Both the position numbers and the translations under genes were made by a program. From contig CM075997.1 of the NCBI GenBank assembly GCA_038087875.1, positions 7,628,001-7,692,000 of the forward strand: a stretch of DNA of 64,000 bases. The letters are read 5' to 3'. The notes beneath the pieces are model-generated. The model was not told where the DNA came from, did not search any database, and saw only the letters and a list, made by a program, of their open reading frames with translations. Below, piece by piece: positions 25,282 through 37,365 of this stretch. Origin of the DNA: Malacoraja senta (Eukaryota). Position 1 is the first letter of the stretch; each line of letters begins with the position of its first letter.

Positions 25282-26180
25282 TTAATTTAACGGCGATTGT
25301 GATCTTATGCCGCGGAAAATGTGGTCTCTCCAAATGCATCACTCGCTACCTGGTGCTTATGGCGGCAGCAGATCTGATGGTGGTTTTCATTCCTGTTATA
25401 GTGGAACAAATTAATAACATCTATGTGCTTGTTAGCTTCCTGCTCATAACTCCGGTATGCGCTGTAACACTCGTTCTGAGAATTGCAGCCACTGACTGTT
25501 CCGTTTGGTTCACCGTAGCATTTACTTTCGATCGCTACATCGCCATTTCCTGTCAGAGGCTGCGGAAACAATATTGCACCGAGAGAACAGCGAATGTTGT
25601 AGCGGTAACAGTTGGGACAGTGAGCTGTATAAGGAGCATACCGTTTTATTTTATGGTGGAACCTTACGAAATAATTGACCGAGTACCGTGGCGTTGCGTC
25701 CAGAAAGCTGAGATCTTTACTTTGTCCATCTGGAAAGCCGTAATCTTATTTGACGGTATCATAACACCGTTATTGCCGATCTGTTTAATCCTGTTCCTCA
25801 ACGGTTTAACAGTCAAAAATATTATAGCAGCGAATAATGTTCGCCGGGGTCTCAGGAACATCACTGAGAATAAGAAGGATCCTGAGATGGAGAACCGGAG
25901 AAAGTCAATGATTTTATTGTTCGCTCTATCAGCCAATTTCATCTTATTATGGATGCCCTTCCTAATACACTCCATTAAATGGCAAGCGGAAAATTACTTC
26001 TACTCAGACAGATATTTAACTACCCCGATATATATCGCACAACAGTTCGGGTTTATGTTACAGTTTCTCAGTTCCTGCACCAACACGTGTATCTATGGAC
26101 TAACACAGAGGAAATTCAGGGACGAGCTGAAGAATGGAGTGAAGTACGTATTTACATTAAACGGGCGGCTATGTAAATGA
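25282..26180 (+). CDS. Exon 2 of class A orphan GPCR (GPR139/GPR142-like); spliced product 322 aa
   Basis: Pyrimidine tract and CAG acceptor ending at 25281 restore the GTT(Val)-Asn of TM1 in frame. Motifs: MAAAD (TM2), TM3 Cys, FTFDRYIAI, ECL2 Cys (PWRC), FILLWMP (TM6), NTCIY (TM7) and helix 8 KFRDEL. No stops. Confidence 0.92.
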
Positions 26181-26205
26181 CAAACACATCTACTTTGGTT
26201 TTTCG

Positions 26206-26211
26206 AATAAA
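26206..26211 (+). promoter_or_regulatory. Candidate polyadenylation signal AATAAA
   Basis: Lies 25 nt after the GPCR stop codon. Use is not demonstrated. Confidence 0.4.
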
Positions 26212-26599
26212 TATTCGAAACGTCTAGCATTGCGTAAATGTCTCATAATTTTTCATGTTTCGCAAGAGTACTGTCAATTCCCATATCAAGCTGAATAGTC
26301 AATGGATACACGCGGGATCCAGCGAATGAGGGACCACATGTGCAATTATTAAATTTGAAAATCTATAGTGCAGGAAATCTGATTATCTATTCTTCTGAAT
26401 TTAAATAGGACTCAAGTTGTTGGAGAAATTTAACAGAATTAGAAATCTGGGGTGGATACAAGAGATTAAGGATCGATTTTATATCCATAATATTAAAAAA
26501 GGGAAATAATAGGATATCATTTGTTTGACGAAAAAATTGTATTGAATGAAATGTTCCTGCGTCTTCCGAATTATTCCCAGACAATCCTGCCATTGCTGT

Positions 26600-28300
26600 T
26601 CCAACGTAAATCTTGCTAGGGTCCCTTTATAATCAACTTTAGCCAGCATCTACCTCGTGTCTCGGTAGTCACATGTGTTCAGCTTTCACACAAACAACAT
26701 CCGATATCACCTCCTCTATCAAATTTTAAGTTTAATGTTATCCCATTACGCCCACTACTTCCTATTAGCTCCTTTACCTTAGACTTTGTAATCAAATCTG
26801 GTTCGTTGCAAAACACTATATCCAGAATTGACTTTTCACTGGGAATCATTTCTACTCAGAATCTTAGTCATGCAGCATGAAAACAGACCTTTCGGCCGAA
26901 CTTGCCCATGTCTAATAAGATGGCCCATCTTATCTGACTCAATTTACCCGCGTACTGCAAGTGACTATTCAATGATGTGTTTGTACCTACCTCAACTATA
27001 GTTCGTTCCATATACCCGTATACCCACCACCCGCTGAGAAAAATGCACGTTAATTTCCAAAGAAAACTTTCCCCTCTCATCTTGAATTTATGTCCTTTCT
27101 TTTTTTAGTTCCATACCATAGATAAAAAAGATGCCATGCATTCCCCTCGTGATTTTACACAACTCTATTAGACAACCCCTCCTGGGCTCCAATGAATAAA
27201 GTCATAGCCTGCCCAACCTTAATAGTTCAGGCCTTCGAGACATTGTAACAACCTGTTAAGGATTTTCAGCATTCTTTCCAGCTTAATGGCATAGTTTCTG
27301 CAGCAATATGAGCAAAATTGAATACAATACTTCAAATGCGATCTCACCAATATCTTGAACGGTTGTACCATATCGTCCAAAATTATATTCGCAATACCCT
27401 GACTGATAAAGTCGGTGTGCCAAAGCCTTCTTTACCACCCTGACTGCCAGTGACACTCATTCAGGGAACTATATACACGTAATCGTTCTCCAGGTCTCTC
27501 TGCCCTTTTACACTAAATAAGGCCCTAAACTTATCTGCGTAGTTTCAGCCGTGGACTGACTTTATCGTCAGGGCTGAAGTAGCAGAGAGTGGTTGCACGA
27601 AGTAACAGCTCCAAGGGACCCCTGCAGTGATATCGTTCATTTCGCTTTCTTCACCATTGAATTATGTTTCGTCAACGCGTGTTGATGCATAAATTAATCC
27701 GTGATCAGCAACATTCGCTTAGAAGTGCAGTCCTCCTCCAAAGTGTCTGAAATAGTGGCTCTGGTAAAAATGGATGAACTCTTGGTAATCATCCAAAGTT
27801 CTTTTCAAACCGATGTAATTTATTCGTCCTGGAATGTGCTAAATGTGAGTCCAATGTTCCCGAAAGAGAGGAGGGACCGAGGGAATTGCAGACCATGTCA
27901 GAAATGTGGAAATACCTGGAAACAAATGTGAAAGATGCACGAAAAGAAAACTTGGAGAGCAGTCAATTGATTGGTCAAAGTCAGCGTGGGTTCAGGAAAT
28001 TAAAGAGACAGCAAATATATTGATCTAGGCGTGTTGCAGAAGTTACGTAATAGTCAATGGAGAGTATTTAGACATTCGGAAGATATTTTATAATGACCAG
28101 TTGATCACACGCTCAAAGAACTTCGCATTGGGCCAAAATATACCGCCATGCATTGTGACTGTTTGACTAACCAGAAACAAAGTTTAGAAATATTTTATTT
28201 GGCATGGTATATGGTGTTCGGATAATGACGTAGTGGTCAGTGCTTCGGCACCAGTTGAACCCTATGTACGTCAGTGATACATGGTATTATTGAGCATAAT
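26600..28300. mobile_element. Old CR1-like fragments in both orientations
   Basis: Minus-strand 3' end near 26870 (AAACAGACCTTTCGGCCGAACTTGCCCATG) and decayed RT phrases. Plus-strand RT phrases at ~27740-28280. Confidence 0.5.
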
Positions 28301-29469
28301 AATTAGGAATTGGCAGATAGCGGTACAACTACAGAAAACGTTACTTTAGCCCATTCAGTGGCGCTGTTTTGGGTTAAGGGATTTGGATTTTCTCTTCTCT
28401 CACCTCACGACCCGTGAATATTTTGACACTTCCTATATTCACCCATTCTCTTGACTGCATCGCCTTACCCGATTACACTTCTGCATTCTGTCTCTCAATT
28501 CTCAACTCCACGGCCAATGAGAAACGGTCTCTCCCTGTCTACTCTGCTTATTTCTGTGATCGTTGCAGATATCTTAAGCAGATCTCATCACAACCTTAAC
28601 TGTTACAAGGAGAAAAGCCATGACCTCCGATCTATCAAATCACTCACACCTTTCACCCTGGAAATATCCCAGTAAACCTCTTATGCAGTCCCTCCACAGC
28701 AATTATAAATTTGCTCAAGTGCGCCGGGTTCAACAGAAAACAATACTTCCACAAAAGCAGGAAACGCTTGAAACGCACAGCAGATCCGACAGCATATATG
28801 TTCAGTCAAAGATTCATTGAGAATACTTAACATTGTTTATCTTTCCACTCCTATTGTGTGACCTGTTGTGTGTTTGTAACATGTTGTGTTTCACTACACA
28901 TTTTCACTATCTGCAGCTACATTATTTTATCATTTTCCACGCGGTCCAACTATGTAGACTTGCCCTCAAAAATTGAGGATTCCACACTGCGATTCGACCA
29001 TAAGAATAACCATCCTACCTCATATAGGTCGGCGCTGTACAATTCTAAAGAAAGGTCGCACAGCGGCATAGATAAATTGGCCGCATTTCGTGTTGTATGA
29101 CTCAGACTTTATGACGAGTGATAATACACAGTCGTTAACCCACCAACACTAACACATCAACACGAATCTGAAAATTTCTGAACATCAACGCTATCCCCGC
29201 CATTTCATTTTATAACTCAGCATTTTTACCGCTGAATTTTACGCTCCAATGAAGAAAGTCGCAACCTGCACAGTCTCACGCTATCACAGTGCTTCGAATC
29301 CTGCCAAAATCCCTATAAGCATTTCTACACGTTTTCCAGCTTAATGGCATGTAATATAGAAACATATAAAATAGGTGCGGGAGTTGTAGAATCCTCCTCC
29401 CACCCCCCCCCCCCCCCCCATAGCACTTGATTCCATTATCCCGAAGAACTAAATCGAACTCTCAGGTGG

Positions 29470-29665
29470 ACAAAAATGCTAGAGAAACTCAGCGGGTGAG
29501 GCAGCATCTATGGAGCGAAGGAATAGGTGACGTTTCGGGTCGAGGCCCTTCTTCAGACCCGAAACTTCACCCATTAGTTCGCTCCCTGGATGCTGCCTCA
29601 CCTGCTCAGTTTCTGCAGCATGTTTGTCTACCTTGGATTTTTCCAGCATCAGCAGTTCTTTCTTA
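29470..29665. mobile_element. Palindromic Penelope-derived element (second copy, centre shortened)
   Basis: ACAAAAATGCT...TTTCGGGTC and GACCCGAAA...AGCATGTTTGT form inverted arms. The tail TTTTCCAGCATCAGCAGTTCTTTCTTAAA matches 35356-35383. Confidence 0.8.
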
Positions 29666-29729
29666 AATACATCTTACTCTCTCTTGAAAACATCCATTGC
29701 ATTGGCCGCCACTGCCTTTTATGGCAGAG

Positions 29730-30031
29730 AATAGGAAGATTAAACAAAAACTTACCAGTTCGATGTTTGATCTTTATTTTATGTGGAGTTACGATGAGGG
29801 ATTACGTGAAGAAGCCCGCCAGCCCGCATGCGCGTCAACCTTCAAAGCAGCGGTGTGAAATCACAGATAACATTTGTTGAACTGATTATAGGAAGATTCG
29901 AGAAACTAGAACTACCATTTGACATAATGAGAAGAGGGTTGGGAGCGGAGGGCACGTAATCCCTCATCGTAACTCCTCATCAAATAAATATCAAACTTCA
30001 AACTGGTAAGTTCTCGTTTAATCTTCCTATT
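29730..30031. repeat. DIRS 3' ITR / internal complementary region (inverted repeat 29730-29808 vs 29953-30031)
   Basis: AATAGGAAGATTAAAC...GATGAGGGATTACGTG pairs with CACGTAATCCCTCATC...GTTTAATCTTCCTATT. Confidence 0.85.
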
Positions 30032-30247
30032 TTACTTCGGAGTCACGTGACTGACTACGTGAAGATTTCAAAGCTCTGTGATTTCGTGCGGCGAACACGA
30101 GTCCGTGCCACACACTGCATTAGTTGACCAGTGTTGATTGAAATGATAATGCACTCAGACATGACATAGATGTAAAACACGCTGATGCTTTTTAATAAAC
30201 AAATGATATATAAAAAATAATAGTGACCCCTCATATCCGGCAATAAA

Positions 30248-31206
30248 CTATAGAACAGAACGTAAAATTGAGTTGGCAAACAACCCCGGCCTGGCAATGG
30301 GTTTGTTATAAAAAAATTGGAATGTTCGCTCGTTCGACCATCCTGCAGCCGCTAGGATGTGGTCCAGCGGAACGTCCATAACCCTCGCTGCTGATGTTGT
30401 TGCAGCCCTGGTGGAGTGAGATTTGAAAACATCAGTGTCTACTCCTGCACAAGCCAATACACGCTTTAACCACCTGGAGATGGTCTGCACTGATACCTTC
30501 TTGTGTGTTTTTTTATAACTAACAAACATTGCTATTTCTGTGCCTCTAAGGTTCTTAGAGGCCTTAAAATAATGTTGCATATGTGTGACCACATACAATC
30601 GTAGGTCCATAGGGTATGCCATAAATTCCAGTTTTAGACCTGACATCCCTTGATTAGCTCATGAACATAAAATGTTATTTTATTGGCAAATGTAACCATT
30701 TTGTCCAGCCGCAGTTTCTGCAATGACTGGACCCGTTGTGCTGAAACCAGCGCCACGAGGATAACCACTTTATAAGTGAGTTTGACCAAAGACAATGATG
30801 TAGCTGGAGCCCACCGCCGAAGCAGCGTTAGCACTATGTTGACATCCCATATCTCCGTGTACCTGGGCCTGGGGGGATTTGTGTTGAAGATACCCTTCAT
30901 GAATCTGGATATCAGCGGGCGAGACCCGACAGAGTGGTGTCCCGATCCCAGCAACAAGTATGACGACAAGGCACTCTTGGCACTATAACTCAATCTCTCG
31001 TCAAAGAACAGTTTTGAGCGAAATTCCAAGACATCAGTTAAACGTGCCGTGTCGTGCGTTATGTTGGACTGCGAACAGAGCACTTCCCATCTTTTGATAT
31101 AAGAGATGTACTGATTCTTGGTGCTATCCCTCCAAGCCGCAGTGATCACGTCCACAGTTCGATCTGACAGTCCGAGCCCCAGGAAAGGTCTTCTTAAAGT
31201 CTGCAA
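30248..31206 (-). pseudogene. DIRS tyrosine recombinase (split into two frames)
   Basis: LVSAQRVQ (catalytic R), FKSHSTRAA (H-x-x-R), AAAGWS and FFYNK (catalytic Y). Confidence 0.9.
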
Positions 31207-31298
31207 ATCATTAAATTGATTCGATCATGCAGCGGATGCCCCTCCCGAGTCAAGGGATGAACCAGCAAATGTCTGCGTTTGGAAATAACCATAAACGG

Positions 31299-31676
31299 TT
31301 ATGTTATCATTCCCAATATCAGCGGGAACCATGGCTGTGTAGGCCAGTCAGGCACTACCAAAATGCCTGAAGCGGAATCTTGCTGGATTTTTTGCAAGCA
31401 CCGGCTGATGAGGCAAAATGGAGGGAATGCATAGAAGAACATTCCTCCCCAGTGTAGCGAGAATCCATCTATCGCCACTGCCCCTGGGTCTGGCTCCCAT
31501 GCAACATACTTTGGTAACTGGTGATTGAGCCTAGATGCAAACAAATCGATATCCGGTGTTCCATACCGAGCAACAATGTCGTTAAATACTTTATAACCAT
31601 TACAGCACGGAAACAGGCCTTTTCGGCCCTTCAAGTCCGTGCCGAACTTTTTTTTTTTTTCCAACATCCATTCTGT
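31299..31676 (-). pseudogene. DIRS DNA adenine-methyltransferase-like domain
   Basis: PDIDLFASRLN, FYAFPPF and VVPDWPTQPWF. Confidence 0.8.
31593..31645 (-). mobile_element. 53-bp CR1-type 3'-end micro-insertion with 5-bp TSD
   Basis: Minus strand TCGGCACGGACTTGAAGGGCCGAAAAGGCCTGTTTCCGTGCTGTAATGGTTAT. ACTTT at 31588-31592 and 31646-31650. Confidence 0.7.
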
Positions 31677-33140
31677 TTAGTCATTAAATTTCCGTGACCT
31701 GGTGTCTGCCACCATATTAAACCCACCTGGCAAATAGGTAGCTGAAATCCAAATGTTTATTTCGATACACCAGTGCCAAATAAGGTTAGCCAAATTATCA
31801 CAGGTTACTGACTTGATTGCACCCAAGTGATTAATATATGCCACCGCTGTAGTGTTGTCAATCTGTAGCTGAACATGCAGATGTGCATATTCCCACAATA
31901 AGCTTTCAACCCATAGAATGCTCCCAGCATATCTAGGTAGTTAATACCATGTAACTGAAGAATTGATGACTCATGCACATCCCATCTGCCACCGCAAATA
32001 GAGATGGTATTAGTAGCTCCCCATCCTTGAGCACTAGCGTCAGTTTGTAATATAACTGAAGGTTTGCTAACAAAAATGTTACTGGAGCAATGCCGAATAT
32101 TGGTCATCTACCATTGTAACTCTGAAATAGCTTCAGCTGGTAACCGCATAGGTCTGTTAAAATGACCTAAAGGGTATTTGAGTGCTTGCTTCTTTGCACG
32201 TTGTAAATTTTGATAATGCAAAGGACCACACTGTGCAGCTGGAAATAAAGCCACTAATTTGCCAATTATACTGGCTACTTGTCGAATAGATGGTTGCCCC
32301 ATAACAACAAGGTTGTTACAGGCTTCTATTAATTCTAATCTCTTGCCACAGGGCAGAGTCACAGACATACTAATAGAGTTAACGGTAAATCCCAAATAAT
32401 AAATAACTCGAGATGGTATGAACTTGGATTTAACTGGATGGATGAGAAACCCCAATTTCTCAAACGTGAGTTTCGTGGCTGAAACAGATAATTCAGCTAA
32501 TTTCAGAGTTTTCCCTATGATTAGGATATCATCCAAGTACGCCATAGCAATATGATTGTGAGCTCTAGGTAGCCCAAGCACCGGTTTCAATAATTTGGTA
32601 AACAATCTGGGGGCTGAAGTTAACCCATTAGGCAACGCTTTAAACTGCCACAGTTGACCCATCCAGCTAAATTTCAAATATATCCGGTGATCCCTGTGAA
32701 TGGGTACCGAATAGTATGCATCTTAGTTTGAGATCGATGCATGCCATAAAGCATCCTTTTTTAATTAGTTGTTTGGCAGTAACGAAGTTTTCCATTTAAA
32801 AATGTTTATACTGCACACAAGAGTTAAGTTGAGTTAAATCAAGGATGAATCGGCACCCACCATCTTTCTTTTGTCTGGTAAATATATTAGAAACGAATTG
32901 GTGATGTTTATGACTCGACTTCTCGATTACCCTTTTTGTATATAATGTGTGAATTTCAGCTTGTATATCCAAACCTTCCTGTGGGGAATGAACAAATGTC
33001 CGGCTTGGTATATGCTGTGTGGGTGGCAATGAATTGGGAAGGAATTCAATTTGGAACCCTTGTATACTGTGCAGTATAAACGAATCTGATGTTATCCAAA
33101 GCCATTCATTCAAAAACAAGAGTAATCTACCACCAACTTG
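31677..33140 (-). pseudogene. DIRS reverse transcriptase + RNase H fragments
   Basis: KKDGGCRFILDL, LPNGLTSAPRLFTK, AYLDDIL, LQTDASAQGWG, IDNTTAVAYINH and NMVADTRSR. Confidence 0.92.
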
Positions 33141-33241
33141 TAACCGGTCCACACACCCCATGTTCCGGAAAGAACCAGACCCACCTACCTCCATGGTTAC
33201 CGGTGGTTCTATGGAAGGCCCAAAGGCCCCTGATGTAGATT

Positions 33242-34231
33242 CTATTTCCGCCCCCGAGGTTTGGGGGGTAGGGTTGCTGGAGTGCGTGGTTTGCGCATCT
33301 TCCACGCGGGCCGGCATGGGCCTTGGCCTAAATAAGACCTCTGACCAGAGAATTCGGCTTTTGAGCTGCCACCAGCGTCAGCGAACCGCTTACTGCTGAT
33401 AGAGGCGTAGGGGTGATGCCGCCGAAATGGTGAAGCTTTGCTAGTCATTGGAGCCTTCATCAGCCCGACAGCTTTTGCTTCTTCTTCCAGGTCCTTAACC
33501 TGTTTCGGCAGATCTTCTCCGAACAGAAGATTCGGCGGCTGAATATTGCTGGCCCTGCACAATCCCGCAAATGTGGGGTTCAAGGCGGGTCGGAAGGAGT
33601 TCTTCCGAAGATAGTTCATTTCGAAATATGCGTTGCACATCAACGCCAAGGCATCCTGTTGTACGTCAGATAGGGGTCCCTCATCCACAGACCTGGCGAA
33701 TGCCGTAATGCCTGACCCCAGCAATTTCAGGATTCTTTGGAGCTTCATCTCCTGCGCTTTGATACCCCCTCCAATATATCCCCAGATGGAGCTGTTCACA
33801 ACAGGCACGTTGAGTGACGCAACATTTCCAGGTGTATGGTACTTTGCGGTTGTTTCCACCATCACCTGTTCCTGCAGCTGGTGTGATGTGAGGTTATTTA
33901 TGCTTGCAGCTAGTTCCTTTTAAAGCGGCTCCCCTGTTTGCGAGGGTATCGCGAATTTTGAAGCCATGGGAGGTAATTCTTGTGCCTCACGTATGTTGTG
34001 CATTCTGGTATGCTCCCCAGACATCCCTCCAGATTCGGAGTCAGTCCAGAACTGATGCCGTACGCTTCCCTCCTCAGAGTGGGAGACATAGTGCAGCTCT
34101 GGCCCAGGCGCTGCCGCGGGCCCCCGCGGAGACCCGCGCTGATATAATTCCGTTCCACGGAGCATATCATGATGGAGCATCCTTTCCATAAGGTGCTCCA
34201 TGCGGGATAAACGCCCGAAGACGCTATCCAT
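33242..34231 (-). pseudogene. DIRS gag-like ORF1 fragments
   Basis: Lies upstream of RT. Contains VPVVNSSIW, EMKLQRI, RKNSFRPALNP and LLFGEDL. Confidence 0.65.
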
Positions 34232-34410
34232 TGTAGGAGGCGAATCCTCCTGGCCTGACTCGTCTGAGTAAACAGGCCTGTCAAACTTCTTCTTGGCTTT
34301 CCCCCCTCTCGGGGTACCAAGGTGCTTAGGACAGGCACCAAGTCTGAAGTCGCTGACCGCGCCGTCAGCGATTGGGATGGCGAAACCGCCGGCCGTCGGC
34401 TACCCGGTTC

Positions 34411-35385
34411 CACACCAGGGCATCTAAAATGTCCTCATTCTTCAGAGAACGGGGTTCCCCTCCCCTACCATAGATGAGGCGCGAACAAGGGTATCTTCCA
34501 TACCCCGTAACACTGCTCACTCTCCCCATCCCCCCACTCGCAACAAGGGCAGTGTCCTCACCTTTCACCCCACTAGCCGTCACATTCAACAAGTAATCCT
34601 CCGTCAGTTTCGCCACCTCCAACGTTACCCCACCACTCGCCACATCTTCCCATCTCCCCCCCTCTGCCTTCCGCAAAGACCGCTCCCTCCGTAACTCCCT
34701 TGTCAATTCTTCCCTTCCCTCCCGCACCACCCCCTCCCCGGGCACTTTCCCTTGCAACCGCAAGAGATGCTACACTTGTCGCTTTTCCTCCCCTCTCGAC
34801 TCCATTCAAGGACCCAAGCAGTCGTTCCAGGTGCGACAGACGTTCACCTGCATCTCCTCCAACCTCAGCTGTTGCATCCGCTGCTCTAGATGTCAGCTGA
34901 TCTACATCGGTGAGACCAAGCGTAGGCTGAGCGATCGTTTCGCCGTACACCTCCGCTCGGTCCGGATTAAACAACCTGACCTCCCGGTGGCTCAGCACTT
35001 CAACTCCCCCTCCCATTCCGTATCCGCCCTCTCTGTCCTGGGCCTCCCCCATGGCCAGAGTGAGCAACACCGGAAATTGGAGGAACAGCACCTCATATTC
35101 CGCTTGGGGAGTCTGCATCCTGGTTGCATGAACATTGAATTCTCCCAATTATGTTAGCCCTTGCTATCTCCTCCCCTTCCTAGCTCTCCCTCAGCCCTCG
35201 GGCTCCTCCTCCTCCTTTTTTCTTTCTTCTCCCCGCCCCCCCCCATCCCCCATCAGTCTGAAGAAGGGTTTCGGCCCGAAACGTTGCCTATTCCCTTCGC
35301 TCCATAGATGCTGCTGCACCCGCTGAGTTTCTCCAGCTTTTTTGTGTACATTCGATTTTCCAGCATCTGCAGTTCCTTCTTAAAC
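34411..35385 (+). mobile_element. Penelope-like element 3' part with GIY-YIG endonuclease
   Basis: 34831..35157 encodes FTCISSNL..CIRCSRCQLIYIGETKRRLSDRF..H...PVAQHFN. The upstream FFRERGFP segment is also Penelope-like. Confidence 0.9.
35255..35290 (+). ncRNA. Minimal hammerhead-ribozyme-like core in the Penelope terminal region
   Basis: CUGAAGA-A-GGGU(UUCG)GCCC-GAAA-CG-UU. Stems I and III are very short, and activity is unknown. Confidence 0.5.
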
Positions 35386-35599
35386 AATAATGACAGAGGA
35401 GGAAGTTGAAGCCTGATCTATCACAAAACCCAACGCCGGTGTGGGCAAGTTGGGCGTTGTACTACTCTATGACTATAACTGGAGGTTGTTTACACGATAA
35501 GCACTTTAGGATATTCCTCATTTGTGCATGGATACTATCCTGGGGTTAGAGAACAGATGCGCATTAAGACACACCTGGTGAAACACATTTTTTAACATT

Positions 35600-36040
35600 C
35601 AATTCTCTCTCCCCACACACCACCTGCCTTTCCCTCAATTCCCCCTCTCTTTCCCACATCCCTCCCCCTCATTCCCCTCACTCCTTCCCATCGCTCTCCC
35701 CTCCCCTCTCTCCCCATTCCTGCACACACTCTCCATTCCTTCACCTCTCCCCACTCTCCCATGTCCCTCTTTCCCTCTGTACCCCTCGCTCCGTACATTC
35801 CTCCCCACCCTCTCCCCTACACTCCCACTCCCCACACTCCTCCCACTCTCCCCCCACACATTATCTTCTCTCTCCTCACATACATTCCTCTCTCTCCTCG
35901 CCCTCCTTCTTTCTCTCTTCCACCCCCCCCCCCTCCATTCCACATTCCACCCCTTCTCCTTACAATCTCCCCCCCCCCTCCCTCTCACACTCCTCTCTCT
36001 CTCCGTTCGCCTAAATCCGCCTCTTTCTCCCGGCATTCCT
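35600..36040. repeat. C/T-rich low complexity
   Basis: Direct reading of the sequence. Confidence 0.85.
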
Positions 36041-36230
36041 AGTAGTAGCCATTTCGCTTCACTCAGTATGTAATAATCATAACTATTTACAATTACATTT
36101 TATCTACCTGTAATGACGTGGGTGTGATTTATTAGGTAGTTGGAGGCGTGTTTGCGTCTGGGATTCTTGCACAGAAGCTAGTAGTTTTAGTTTAAGTTGA
36201 AGAAGCATGGGGGAGGTCACAGCTTTCGCC

Positions 36231-36342
36231 CATGCACCAGTTTGACCATGCACCAGTTTGACCATGCACCAGTTTGACCATGCACCAGTTTGACCATGCA
36301 CCAGTTTGACCATGCACCAGTTTGACCATGCACCAGTTTGAC
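36231..36342. repeat. Perfect 16-bp tandem repeat (CATGCACCAGTTTGAC) x7
   Basis: Direct reading of the sequence. Confidence 0.97.
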
Positions 36343-36364
36343 CACGAGTAAGATCAAAATGTAG

Positions 36365-36495
36365 GGCCTGTCCCACTGTACGAGGTAATTCACGAATTCT
36401 CCGGAGTTTTCCCCTGATTCAAACTCGCAGAATGTTCGTAATGAGTCCGTAGGAGGCCGTCGGAGATCGTGGATGTTTCGTAGCGGCTCGTTCCT
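36365..36495 (+). mobile_element. MITE end fragment (GGGCCTGTCCCACT terminus, as at 9081)
   Basis: Shares its terminal sequence with the element at 9081. Confidence 0.45.
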
Positions 36496-36499
36496 TCGT

Positions 36500-37365
<866 letters not shown>

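Larger units (their letters stand above)
29730..34410 (-). mobile_element. DIRS1-like tyrosine-recombinase retrotransposon, 5'-truncated, frameshifted
   Basis: Domain order gag - RT - RNase H - methyltransferase-like - YR, plus a terminal inverted repeat and internal complementary region. Confidence 0.92.

Noticed and set aside
30248..31676. Prophage or bacterial integrase plus Dam methylase
   Set aside because: The domain order with RT/RNase H and the ITR/ICR ends identifies a DIRS1 retrotransposon.
35258..35290. Claim of an active ribozyme
   Set aside because: Stem I is only about 2 bp and stem III has no loop. It is reported as a motif only.
36231..36342. CRISPR-like regular repeat
   Set aside because: The units are head-to-tail with no spacers, there are no cas genes, and the context is eukaryotic.
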